Below are positions 9,816 to 19,642 of a stretch of 64,000 nucleotides of DNA, one piece after another. Within the stretch, counting starts at the first letter, position 1. Each line of letters opens with the position of its first letter. A model generated the notes under the pieces. The model was not told the origin of the DNA and did no database searches. It worked only from the letters and a program-made list of their open reading frames with translations. Source of the stretch: Desulfotignum sp. (GTDB taxonomy: Bacteria; Desulfobacterota; Desulfobacteria; Desulfobacterales; Desulfobacteraceae); assembly GCA_021737695.1 (NCBI GenBank), contig JAIPDL010000006.1, forward strand, positions 1,126 through 65,125, given 5' to 3'. Both the position numbers and the translations under genes were made by a program.

Positions 9816-11095
9816 TAATACCGGACCTCCCCGATATAGGGCAAGGCCCCGTATCTGCCCTGAAGGTATCCTTTTTCCAGGGCCTCGTTTTTTCGCGGGT
9901 GAAAATCGGAAAGGGAATACATCCGGGTGGCATTCTCCGGGTCTTTTTCCACAAACCAGACCTGGTCCCTTCTGAGAATTTTGGGATCGAGGATGGAGGT
10001 GTCATGGGTGGAAAAAACAAGCTGACCATTGGCTTTGTTGGAGGCGGGGTCATGAATCAGCTGGAGCAGGAACCGAATCATGTGGGGATGAAGGCTGTTG
10101 TCCAATTCATCGACAATCAGAATTCTCCCGGTATCTAAAACATCCATCCAGGGTCCAGCATAGGCGAAAATCTTCTGGGTACCATCTGACTCTTCCTCCA
10201 GCCGGAATGATACCGTTTTATCTGAATCATTCATTTTGTGAATGAATTCAGCCCTCTTTTTTACAAGCTTGCCATCCAGGTCTGTCATTATTTTTTTCCT
10301 GAATTCATCCGGCATATCCTTGGGCAACTTCAATTCCCCGGCATCAATTTTTTTCATGATGATATCAATGCCATCCACATTGATATCCGCTCCTTTCATG
10401 AATTCCAGTATAGATGTTTTGGAAATGTCATCCTGACACTTTTCAATGGTGAATCCAGGGTGGACCACTTTATTGTGTCCGATGACTGCAAGCATCCTAA
10501 ACCATGAGAATACCGGCTTTAACTGTTCACTGTTCAGCTGAACAGCAGCCGACAGAAACAGGGCATTGGGGCGGGTATTGTCCTTCCATGTTTTTTTGCT
10601 TCCGGTCAGTTTGCTGCCGAAATACCATTCGTCTTCTCGGGTTTTCGGATTGAAGGACCGTTCAAACCATCTTTGGGGGCGATTCTCCGGGTACGCCAGA
10701 AGCCATTCATGGGTAACCCGGGTGTCGTTGCAGGCAAACCCGTATTGATAACGCACATAATCCTGGATAAAAAACACCTCAAATTCGGTATCTTCCGAGA
10801 TTCCCTGAGAATTGAGCCGAAAGGGATATCTTTGAATGGCCTCCCCTTCCTGGTGAAGCCTGGAAGAGTCCAAGACAAACCGCCGCATAAAATCAAGGGC
10901 GGAAATCAGATTGCTTTTTCCGGCACCATTGGGGCCATACATGACAGCGGATTTGAGCAGGGTCAGCTCCCCTTTGATCGGGGCTTCAAAGGTGTTCCGG
11001 CCTTGCAGGTCCTTGATCGCCCCTCCAGCCACCATACTGAGTACCTGCGGCTTCCACAATGATTTATAATTTTTTACACTGAATTCAATAAGCAT
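9815..11095 (-). CDS. RloA-like ABC/AAA_21 ATPase
   Basis: MLIEFSVKNYKS start, Walker A GPNGAGKSN, signature ESDGT, Walker B IVDELDNSLHP, QLVFSTH, RRDQVWFVEK, YLQGRYGA. Confidence 0.88.
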   Translation of the reverse strand: MLIEFSVKNYKSLWKPQVLSMVAGGAIKDLQGRNTFEAPIKGELTLLKSAVMYGPNGAGKSNLISALDFMRRFVLDSSRLHQEGEAIQRYPFRLNSQGISEDTEFEVFFIQDYVRYQYGFACNDTRVTHEWLLAYPENRPQRWFERSFNPKTREDEWYFGSKLTGSKKTWKDNTRPNALFLSAAVQLNSEQLKPVFSWFRMLAVIGHNKVVHPGFTIEKCQDDISKTSILEFMKGADINVDGIDIIMKKIDAGELKLPKDMPDEFRKKIMTDLDGKLVKKRAEFIHKMNDSDKTVSFRLEEESDGTQKIFAYAGPWMDVLDTGRILIVDELDNSLHPHMIRFLLQLIHDPASNKANGQLVFSTHDTSILDPKILRRDQVWFVEKDPENATRMYSLSDFHPRKNEALEKGYLQGRYGALPYIGEVRY

Positions 11096-11219
11096 AATTT
11101 GTTCCCATCAAATGTTTTCTGGCTGTAAAAACACATTGAAATACCAATTAAATTCAATTAAGTGCATAAAACATGCGGTTTTGTCAATAAAATTATTAAT
11201 CATTGCTATATAACCGGAA

Positions 11220-11486
11220 TCAATTTTCCCCTGCATTGCTGTCCAGACGGTTGATGCATGAGATGATTGTGGTCTCACTGATCTCCCGAAAATTGCCCCG
11301 GAGCATCCCGCACAGTATGAGTTGGGGCATGCCCAGGATATCGGCTACCTGTGGGTGAGTGAGATGTCGGTCATCAATGATCTCACTGATTCTGGCAGCC
11401 AGACGGGCCTTCACATACATGGTGCCGGCTTCCGGGCTTTCCAGATCTCTGTATACATTGGTGCTGCCTTTTTCAATGGTGGTCAT
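11220..11486 (-). CDS. XRE/HigA-like HTH antitoxin (orphan, possibly degenerate)
   Basis: GSTNVYRDL...KARLAARISEII...LTHPQVADILGMPQ...LRGNFREIS matches HTH_37-type antitoxins. No cognate toxin gene is adjacent. Confidence 0.7.
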   Translation of the reverse strand: MTTIEKGSTNVYRDLESPEAGTMYVKARLAARISEIIDDRHLTHPQVADILGMPQLILCGMLRGNFREISETTIISCINRLDSNAGEN

Positions 11487-11546
11487 GATGGTAGGGTCCT
11501 CTCATATCGGCCTCGATGATTTTTAACATGTCGCCCTCTTTATCGT

Positions 11547-11575
11547 TTGACCTGAGTGTGTTGCCGTTATACCAT
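11547..11575 (+). promoter_or_regulatory. Sigma70-like promoter, antisense to the defence operon
   Basis: TTGACC (11547-11552), 17 bp spacer, TACCAT (11570-11575). Confidence 0.5.
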
Positions 11576-11581
11576 AACAGC

Positions 11582-11668
11582 AAGCTCAGACATTGAGCTG
11601 GTGAATCCTTTGCCCAGGGCTTTGGATTCTGGCTTTGCCTCAGTCGCCATTAAGACTGGGGCTTTTTT
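11582..11668 (+). ncRNA. Candidate ~87 nt structured small RNA (three hairpins, last one an intrinsic terminator)
   Basis: Hairpins agctca/tgagct, gaatcc..gccc/gggc..ggattc and gcctcagtc/gactggggc + TTTTTT, directly after the promoter. Confidence 0.45.
11637..11668 (+). terminator. Rho-independent terminator on the + strand, overlapping the methyltransferase 3' end
   Basis: gcctcagtc-gccattaa-gactggggc followed by 6 T. Confidence 0.65.
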
Positions 11669-14600
11669 CGTTTTTGCTTCCTGACTGCCGACGTCTTTCA
11701 AATTCTGCCCAGGCAATCTCGTAGTCCATCTCCCGGTCACACCGGTCAAAGGGCGCCACATAGGTGATGGTACGCTCCCGGGGACCGCCCGGCAGGGTAT
11801 CGTCCATAATGGTACGGTTGATAGTGCCGCTCGTCAGGTCCTTGATGTCGTTCCAGCCCAGGGCGATCCCTGATTCCCGGCGGTCCGGGGTATCCAGGCT
11901 GTAGCAGGTCTCCCCTCTGACGGCATTGCGGGGAAGACCCACACCGGTAAGGCCTTTGGAGTTGGTGAACACGATGCGGCCGGTGGCATCGTACCAGGTG
12001 TCTGCCTCGTACTGACGCATCACCGGAAACTGGACCCGATAGATGGTTTTCAGCTCCGCAAGCGTAAGACCCAGGGCCATGGCTACCAGCACGTCGATTT
12101 CCACAAGGGCCTGGCGCCGGGTGTAGTCGGTTCGTAGGGCGCAGTCTTGGGACCACTCCGGGGTGAGATTCTGGAAGAAATGTTCAGGAAGACGAGGATC
12201 TGTTTTGGTCCAAGTTTCTTTGAGAAAAATTGGTTCCCAGCAGTTATTCCATAATTCAGAATAATCAGTAGTGAGAACATTCAGACATAATACTCTTGGT
12301 TGTAATTCTCTATTTTTTTCGGATTCCAGCATTGGCAATAAAACCATGTCTCCGTTTGTGAAGTCAGACTTACCAGTGGCTTTGACAAAATAATCAAATA
12401 CCAAAGACATTTGGACAGATGCTGTTGATATTAGATTTTTTGTATCAATGAATGTGGTTGAAATAACTGTCATGATATGCCCAGATTTTGGTATTGCTAT
12501 CGTGGGAATGATTGTTCTTTCACCAGATTGACTAAGCCTTTTTCTATGTACCAATCGATAAAAATTAGTTACAGGTTCATTGTCCCCCCAGGGAACGCGG
12601 GGGGTACGTTTCAGGTAAGTGCCGGGATCACATGCCGGGACATAGTTGGTGCGGGGCAGATAACCTTCTGGGAGAATGGTTAAATCAAGGTTGTCGTAAG
12701 CTCTATGGGTTTCACATATAGCGCGTGGTGTCTGGAAAAAAGGATTTCCTACAAAAAAATGGGGGCCGGATAAGACCCATTCCGAGGGTCGGTCCGGAAA
12801 ACGGGTCTCCCGACGAATGATGCCGTCACGCTGTGCATAAGTTTCATCAAACATAACGGTAGAAAAATAGCTGTCTTGAAGATCTCCCAACCGTCGTGGC
12901 TGGGCTGAAAATTTTTCGAGAACTGTCAGTAATTCCACTGCATGAAGAGCGGGTAATCTTGCTGCATCAGCCGGAGTATCAGAGGTATCATATAGAGCAG
13001 CAAACAACGAAAGCTCCTTTTTAGTCACTTTGATAATCCGGTTTTTATGACCTGTTTCGTTCCATTGTCCGGCCTCATTTTTAATTCCTGGCACAATACC
13101 TGTGCCGTCATGATCCATGGATTGATCAATTGTTTTTGGTGAATAAATGTTTGCAATGTTATCAAAAGAAATTTCTGTTTGTGCTGTGTCATGAATGTTA
13201 ATGCCGAATTTTGCCTGATTTCCAACCTCCGGAAACAATTTTTTTTCATTCTGAAACTGAAAATGCTCCCGCAATCGAGGATAAATTTCTTGCCGGAACC
13301 CACCCCCTCTGGGATCATCATACACCCCTTCAGGATGAAGAAAAGCGGACACCCCCTTGCCCCACATCCATGCCTGGGGCAGAAAGCATTTATATAAATT
13401 AGTCTGGATGCCTTTGAGCATGGGGTAGTTTTGCAGGGCGTTGAGAAAGGCCTGCGTCCCCTGAGCTTCTTCATAGGCGGCCAGGTAGGCGGGCAGCAGG
13501 TCGTAACGTTCCAAGGCCTCTTCCCTAAGCCTAGCCAGTTTGGATGCGGAATAGTTTTTCAAAACAAACTCCGGTTCCGCATCCCCCAAAATACCGCCTT
13601 CGTTCCACTCCACCTTAAGCCAGGGCGGGTTCCCCAACACCAGATCAAATCCCCCATGGTCTTCAAAAATATCTGCAAACTCCAGCTCCCAGTGCATGAA
13701 CCGCAGATTTCGGGCCAGTTCAGCCACCACCGAAAGCCGTGGCACATCCCGGACCAGGTGGTCCACATTCACCATGCCCAGTTCCGTTGAAAACGGCAGA
13801 TCCATCTGTACGGCCGGCTGTTGGTTCTCTTTTTCCGGCAGTCCCATATCCAGGGTCAGCTGCTGTCCGGGGATGGTTTCAAACACCCCGCCCTTGAGAA
13901 TGTTGATCATGTCACTGATCCACTCTTCCCGGGTGGGCAGCAGGTGGGCCTGTTTCATGGGCCAGAACCACAGGGCGCACCAGTAGTCCATGGCCAGTTT
14001 CAGGCGCTTGTACGGGGTGGAGCGGCGAAGGCCCATGGAAAGCTGTTCACGCTCAAACAGCCGGTCTTTCTGGCGGATGGAGGTGGACGCGCCTTTTTCC
14101 GGGGGGCGGCCATACAGGGTCATGGGGTCCCGGGTTTTTTGTCTCAGTTCCCGGGATTTTTCCACATGGGCGGCAAACAGGTCATCCACGGCCCGGGACA
14201 GGGCTTCCAGCTGCCGGGCATCATCCAGGGAAAAGGGCTGGATAAAAGAGCGTTTCCAGGCCCTGATCTGGGCAGTCTCATCCGGCACCAGGGCAGTGAC
14301 GGTGCGGTCCCGGAAATCAGCCATGCCCTTGTCCGGTACCAGAAAATGATACACACTTTCAACAGGCCGGTCCTGTCCGGGCATTACTCGTTCCGGCACC
14401 GTGTCCAGCCAGGTGGCATCACCCCGCTTGGGTCTCAAAAGCAGCTGCCGGGCAAACACCTGGCGCCGGGCACCGATCAGGGAGTTGCCGCAGATGAGCT
14501 GGTTGCCGAACCAGGGGACATGGGCATCATCGGAGATCACGTTCAGCCACAGGCTCACCTCGGCCAGTTCCACGGCCACGGGATTCATGTCAATGCCGAA

Positions 14601-16427
14601 ACAGTTGTTGTCCGCGATGAATAACCGTACTTTCTGGGTCTCTTTCATCAGGTCGGTGGCGGACAGTCGCTCGTTTCTTTGGGACTGCATCTGTTCCATG
14701 TAGGCATCGGCCAGCTGGTTCACGGTCTCGTTGATAAACGCGGCAGACCCCATGGCCGGTTCGCAGACTTTGAGGGTCAGGATCTCTTCCGGGGTCTTGC
14801 CGGCCAACAGTTCCTTGAGCGCATATTTGACCAGACACCGGGTCAACACCTCCGGGGTGTAATAAGACGCGGATTTTTCCCGGTCCCGGCCGGCCATGCG
14901 GAAAATGAATTTGCCTTTGGGATGTTTGACCAGTTCACCGTTTTTGTCATACCGTTTTTCATTCTCCGAATATTTGGCCAGATCTTCATAGGGCACAAAC
15001 CAGGCCGTGCCCAGCTCATCCCCGTGATCCGTGGCCGGCTTGACTTCATACAGATCCTGCTGGGCAAAGAATCCCCGGTAGCACAGCAGGGCTTCGTACA
15101 CGGCCCCGAGCTGGTTGATGCCCAGCTGGGCATAGCTGATGCGGCCCCGGCGGTGTGCGTTTCCCCGGCCCGAGTTTTTTTCCCGGGACAGGGACATGTG
15201 GCGGATCACCTCCTGGAGTACATGGTTGCGGAATTTCACTTTGGACAGCAGGGGCAGCCGCTCCGGATCGAACAGGTGGGCCTTGACCGGGGGGATATCA
15301 AACGTGTATTTCCGGGAGTCTTCGTTATTTGTGTCGGATTCAGGGGGAAATCCCCGGCGGATCATGGCAAAGAGCAAAGTCAGGGTCTCATGGAAATAAT
15401 ACCCGTTCCGGGATTCCTCCGTGGTAAGCGAAACCATTTCCAGGTCCCGCAGGGATTCCAGGCTGTAGCCGCTCTGGTATTCCCGGCTTTTGATTGGCAC
15501 AAACCCCAGTTCAGGCCGGGCCTCCATAAAAAACAGGAACAACAGCCGGTACATGTATCTAAGGCATTCCAAAGACAATTGATCCGGGTCCAGCCGGTCG
15601 TCGTACACCCCTTCGTGCCGTACTTGCATGAGGTAATGGACCGCTTCATTGCCCAGTAGCTCAATGGAGGCCCGCAGGGCGTATTTCAGGTCTTCGGATA
15701 CCCCGAACGCATGCTTGTGTGCGTTTTCATCCAGGGTGTCCACCAGGGCATCACCGCTTGCAGGGGCCAGGGATTCCTGGTGGCACAGGGCTGCCATGGC
15801 CTTGAGGGTGGTGGTTTCCTTCCGGCTGAAGACCTCTTTGAGGTCGAAGCGCAGGAACCGTTTCCGGGACCACTTGAAACGGTCGATCAGCAGCATCTGG
15901 TCCAGGGACAGCACCAGCAGAAACCGGGGCGGCTCATCCCTGGCAAAAATCTCCCGGGTGATCAGGGTTTCCAGGGTCTGTTCCTGCCAGCTCTCGAACA
16001 CATCATCTGACACCAGGCCGGGGTGGGGATTCAGGATCAGCGGATCGGTGGCCTCCTGAAGCGGGTCCCGGGCTTCCATGATCCAGAGCAGCGGTGCCCC
16101 GCCTTTCCGGGTGATTTCACTGATCAGGTTGAGGGTGCCGCCTTCCCGCATCTCCCGGGTCAGGGGCTGAGGTGTGTAGCCCAGGGCCGGAAGGATCACT
16201 GCCTGGATCTGCCCGTGCCGGTTATCCAGGTCCATCCCTTTCTGGTTGCGGTACTGGAAATACTTGCCTGCAACGGTTTTCAAAAGCGACGGCGGAGAAG
16301 CCTCTCCGGTCTCTTTTTCCAGGTCGTTCCAGGTTTTGAACAGGTCCTTTAAATCCCCTTCCAGGATGGCAGCAATATAATGATGGGTGTAAAACTCGTT
16401 CTCGTTGGTGATGCCGGTCAGATCCAT
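11640..16427 (-). CDS. Large N6-adenine DNA methyltransferase (type IIG/DrmMI/PglX-like, 1595 aa) with C-terminal target-recognition region
   Basis: SASYYTPE, motif I EPAMGSAAF, GIDMNPVAVELA, FMHWELEFxDIF..GGFDLVLGNPPW (motif IV), NLYKCF. Confidence 0.9.
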   Translation of the reverse strand: MDLTGITNENEFYTHHYIAAILEGDLKDLFKTWNDLEKETGEASPPSLLKTVAGKYFQYRNQKGMDLDNRHGQIQAVILPALGYTPQPLTREMREGGTLNLISEITRKGGAPLLWIMEARDPLQEATDPLILNPHPGLVSDDVFESWQEQTLETLITREIFARDEPPRFLLVLSLDQMLLIDRFKWSRKRFLRFDLKEVFSRKETTTLKAMAALCHQESLAPASGDALVDTLDENAHKHAFGVSEDLKYALRASIELLGNEAVHYLMQVRHEGVYDDRLDPDQLSLECLRYMYRLLFLFFMEARPELGFVPIKSREYQSGYSLESLRDLEMVSLTTEESRNGYYFHETLTLLFAMIRRGFPPESDTNNEDSRKYTFDIPPVKAHLFDPERLPLLSKVKFRNHVLQEVIRHMSLSREKNSGRGNAHRRGRISYAQLGINQLGAVYEALLCYRGFFAQQDLYEVKPATDHGDELGTAWFVPYEDLAKYSENEKRYDKNGELVKHPKGKFIFRMAGRDREKSASYYTPEVLTRCLVKYALKELLAGKTPEEILTLKVCEPAMGSAAFINETVNQLADAYMEQMQSQRNERLSATDLMKETQKVRLFIADNNCFGIDMNPVAVELAEVSLWLNVISDDAHVPWFGNQLICGNSLIGARRQVFARQLLLRPKRGDATWLDTVPERVMPGQDRPVESVYHFLVPDKGMADFRDRTVTALVPDETAQIRAWKRSFIQPFSLDDARQLEALSRAVDDLFAAHVEKSRELRQKTRDPMTLYGRPPEKGASTSIRQKDRLFEREQLSMGLRRSTPYKRLKLAMDYWCALWFWPMKQAHLLPTREEWISDMINILKGGVFETIPGQQLTLDMGLPEKENQQPAVQMDLPFSTELGMVNVDHLVRDVPRLSVVAELARNLRFMHWELEFADIFEDHGGFDLVLGNPPWLKVEWNEGGILGDAEPEFVLKNYSASKLARLREEALERYDLLPAYLAAYEEAQGTQAFLNALQNYPMLKGIQTNLYKCFLPQAWMWGKGVSAFLHPEGVYDDPRGGGFRQEIYPRLREHFQFQNEKKLFPEVGNQAKFGINIHDTAQTEISFDNIANIYSPKTIDQSMDHDGTGIVPGIKNEAGQWNETGHKNRIIKVTKKELSLFAALYDTSDTPADAARLPALHAVELLTVLEKFSAQPRRLGDLQDSYFSTVMFDETYAQRDGIIRRETRFPDRPSEWVLSGPHFFVGNPFFQTPRAICETHRAYDNLDLTILPEGYLPRTNYVPACDPGTYLKRTPRVPWGDNEPVTNFYRLVHRKRLSQSGERTIIPTIAIPKSGHIMTVISTTFIDTKNLISTASVQMSLVFDYFVKATGKSDFTNGDMVLLPMLESEKNRELQPRVLCLNVLTTDYSELWNNCWEPIFLKETWTKTDPRLPEHFFQNLTPEWSQDCALRTDYTRRQALVEIDVLVAMALGLTLAELKTIYRVQFPVMRQYEADTWYDATGRIVFTNSKGLTGVGLPRNAVRGETCYSLDTPDRRESGIALGWNDIKDLTSGTINRTIMDDTLPGGPRERTITYVAPFDRCDREMDYEIAWAEFERRRQSGSKNEKSPSLNGD

Positions 16428-16453
16428 GTCGTATCCTTACCGGAAAACCGGTG

Positions 16454-19390
16454 TCATCGGTCCGGTGACGGCTGCCCTGTTTCCTGGCGGTCGTCATTCC
16501 GGGTAAACACAGCCACCACTTTGATATAGGGGGCATCTTCGGTTTTCAGGGTATCTTTGATCCAGATGTTGAACCGCTTGAAGGTGTTTTCCACCTGCCG
16601 CAGCCTCCGATCTTTCTTTTCTGATGATTCCCAGTCAAATTCCTGCTGGATGTGATGCTGATGTCGTTGTTCAAGGGTTTTCAGTCGTTCCAGGTGACGT
16701 TCCAGGGCCGGGGCCATTTCCGACTCGAACAGGGCACGCTTTTCACTCATGGTCTTTTTCGCCTGTATGATCACATCTTTGAGGGCTTTTTGGAGCGGCA
16801 CCACATCCACTTGTTTCAGCGGGTTGGGAATCTCTTTTTTCTCGAAACCTGTGACATCCAGGAACCGGGGCAGGTCCATGACGGTTCTGTCGGTAAAATC
16901 TTCGCCTTTGAACGGGCCGGTCTGCCGGTGCTGTGAGATGCCGAACCAGTGCTGTACCAGCGGGTGTCCCTTCCGGTTGGGGATCAGGCCGAACAGCAGG
17001 TATATGGTTTGCCCGGGTGAAAGCCCCTGATCCAGATGGATGACCGGTGCCTGGTGACGGCCCATGACAGCGGTGAGTTTGTCTGTCAGCCATTCCATGA
17101 CCGGGTGCAGTTCCCACAGATAATGTACCTGGGGCCAGGCGTTTTCCTCTTTTCGGGCCACAGCGATCTGTTCCTGGATCACCCGGGTCCGGTCCGTGAG
17201 ATAAAAGGTGTTGTTGTCGGGCCGCATCTCTTTTTGTACCATGCGGAACCGCCAGGCCAGATCTTCGGGGGCCTCCAGCTGGAGCATCCCCTGGGCATCA
17301 TCTACGGAATGAATTCCCTGGTTTTTGAACAGATGGTCCAGGGCGGTGCGGGCAAACTGAAAATCACTGTCAAACAGGGACGGCATAGCCCCTGTTTCAG
17401 GTTCGGTAACCGGGGTGTCCGTGTCTTCATCATCCCCGAAAAACAGGTCCATGGCATCGAACCCGTCGGCAAACATTTCGTCCCGGGCCTTTTGCAGGTT
17501 TTGGGCCATTTCCCGGTCCAGCTGTTCCGGGTCCATGCCGTCCTCCATGGCCCGGGCCGTGATCATCTCTTCTTTTTCTTCATCATACACCCCCATGAAC
17601 ACGGACGGGTCCCCGATATTTTTCTGGGCTTCCTCATCTTTTTGGATCAGCAGCTCCAGAATGCGAATGTCCCCTTTGATTTTAGCGGTTTCGCTCTGGG
17701 TAACCAGGTAGGTGATCTGCGGGGTTTGGTTCTGCCCATACCGGTCAATACGGCCGTTACGCTGCTGAAACACCATCAGGGACCAGGGGATGTCAAAATG
17801 GATCATGCGGTGGCACAGGTAATGGAGGTTGATGCCTTCAGAGGCCACATCCGTGGCAATGAGCAGCCGGATCGGGGACGACTCCTTACCGAATGCTTCC
17901 ACCACTTCCTGCTGTTCCCGGTCACTGTCCATGCCCTTTAACGTGGCCACCTGTTTTGATGATAGTTTCAGTTTCCCGGGCAGATGAGCATGCAGGAATT
18001 TCAGGGTTTCCACCCGTTCGGTAAAGATAACCAGCCGGTCAGCGGTATTTTTCCCATCCCAGTACAGGCTGCTCTTTTTGTCAGTGAGCATGGATACCAG
18101 GTAGTTGAGCTTGGAATAATCGCCTGGCGTGATTTTTTTCACGGTCCCGGCAAAATCGGTCAGGCCCGGGATATCCGGATGATCCTCCCCATGATCCCGT
18201 ATCAGGGTCCGGGTGCGGTTGGACACGGTTTCCAGGCAGGCGGCCGGGGAAGAGAACAGAGATTTTTCCAGGGTGGTTCGGAACAGGCGTGCCCCGCCAT
18301 GTTTCTGGTCCAGCCGGTGAAAGGTGATGGCCTCCAGGGCCTGGAACGCGGCCTCTTCCGCCGGGGAGGCCGGTACCGGTATCCTGCGGATCTCCCTGTC
18401 TTCAAAGCTGCCGGCCACCTGGTCTTTGATGTCATGTTTGAACCGCCGGATGAACAGCCCCCGGATATCTTCGGGGCCGTAGTGGTCAGGATTGGCAATG
18501 GCGGTGGGGTCCAGCATGTTCATGAGGGAGGCGAAACTCCGCGCCCGGCCGTCATGGGGGGTGGCGGACAGCAGGATCAGGCTGTCGGACCGGCCGGACA
18601 ACAGCTGTGCCAGACGTGCCCGCTGGGAGGCACCGCCCCCGCGCTCCGCCACATTGTGGGCTTCATCGATGACAATGATGTCCCAATAGGCATTCTCGAG
18701 GTGGACCCGGTATTCATTATCCTGTTTCAGGGTATCCACACTGATGATGGCCCGGTCGTAATAGTGAAAGGGGTTATGGTTGACGGGAATATGGTTGCGG
18801 ACCCGCTGAAGACCCACAGAATCCAGCCGGGTTAGGGGGATGGTGAACCGGGACCACATCTCTTTTTGAAACTGGGTCAAAAGGCTCTTGATGGCCACCA
18901 CCAGTATCCGTTTACCACGGCCCCTGCGGATAAGCTCTGACAGCAGGATGCCACAGGTAATGGTTTTGCCCAGGCCCACGGCATCGGCAATGAGAATCCG
19001 TTGACGGGGCTGGGACAGGGCCATGGCTGCCGGCGCCAGCTGGAATGGCAACACATCCATGGCGGCCCGATGCCCGATATAAAGCTGGTGGCCCGTGGGA
19101 GGTGTTTTCCGCAACAGGCTTTCCATATACAGCCGGGTGAAGGTGAACCCCGGAGAGTCGTCCGGCACCAGGGCGGTTTCAGCCGGGTCCAGCACCTTGA
19201 TGTCCTTGCCGGCAAACTGTTCTGCATCAGTCAGAAAAACCGCTTCCCTGTCCCGGACCAGCTCCGACATCCCGGTCACATGCAGGGCATACCCCCGGGT
19301 ATCGGTTCTATCCACCCGGCGAACCAGCCATTCTTCATTGCGGACCTCGATCCGTGCCCCCGGGGCGATGGTGGTTTGTCTTCGGATCAT
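16454..19390 (-). CDS. SNF2/DrmD-like helicase, first gene of the defence operon
   Basis: LIADAVGLGKT, DEAH, LSATPH, ATDVASEGINL, QRNGRIDRYGQ. N-terminal PGARIEVRNEEWLV; 26 bp from the methyltransferase. Confidence 0.9.
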   Translation of the reverse strand: MIRRQTTIAPGARIEVRNEEWLVRRVDRTDTRGYALHVTGMSELVRDREAVFLTDAEQFAGKDIKVLDPAETALVPDDSPGFTFTRLYMESLLRKTPPTGHQLYIGHRAAMDVLPFQLAPAAMALSQPRQRILIADAVGLGKTITCGILLSELIRRGRGKRILVVAIKSLLTQFQKEMWSRFTIPLTRLDSVGLQRVRNHIPVNHNPFHYYDRAIISVDTLKQDNEYRVHLENAYWDIIVIDEAHNVAERGGGASQRARLAQLLSGRSDSLILLSATPHDGRARSFASLMNMLDPTAIANPDHYGPEDIRGLFIRRFKHDIKDQVAGSFEDREIRRIPVPASPAEEAAFQALEAITFHRLDQKHGGARLFRTTLEKSLFSSPAACLETVSNRTRTLIRDHGEDHPDIPGLTDFAGTVKKITPGDYSKLNYLVSMLTDKKSSLYWDGKNTADRLVIFTERVETLKFLHAHLPGKLKLSSKQVATLKGMDSDREQQEVVEAFGKESSPIRLLIATDVASEGINLHYLCHRMIHFDIPWSLMVFQQRNGRIDRYGQNQTPQITYLVTQSETAKIKGDIRILELLIQKDEEAQKNIGDPSVFMGVYDEEKEEMITARAMEDGMDPEQLDREMAQNLQKARDEMFADGFDAMDLFFGDDEDTDTPVTEPETGAMPSLFDSDFQFARTALDHLFKNQGIHSVDDAQGMLQLEAPEDLAWRFRMVQKEMRPDNNTFYLTDRTRVIQEQIAVARKEENAWPQVHYLWELHPVMEWLTDKLTAVMGRHQAPVIHLDQGLSPGQTIYLLFGLIPNRKGHPLVQHWFGISQHRQTGPFKGEDFTDRTVMDLPRFLDVTGFEKKEIPNPLKQVDVVPLQKALKDVIIQAKKTMSEKRALFESEMAPALERHLERLKTLEQRHQHHIQQEFDWESSEKKDRRLRQVENTFKRFNIWIKDTLKTEDAPYIKVVAVFTRNDDRQETGQPSPDR

Positions 19391-19642
19391 TTAAAACTGG
19401 ACTTTGTTTTTATGGATTGTGACATTGACTCCTGACATTCTCAGTCCCAGGCCGGTGTATAACGAGATTCCGACCGTCAAAAAATCTCGATTAAATGAAT
19501 TCAAATCAGTTGGCAAAAATCAGTGGCAAAGGAAAATCTCAAACACCCTCCTCCATGTCCGCTCAGTGCAGTTCGGCTACCCTGACTTGAATTAATGCCT
19601 TACTATTAATGGGTACTAATGTCAATTAGGTAAAAATACTTA

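Noticed and set aside
11567-11761. 64 aa minus-strand ORF antisense to the candidate sRNA, considered as a type I toxin
   Set aside because: Overlaps the MTase out of frame, is not hydrophobic and has no SymE-like motif
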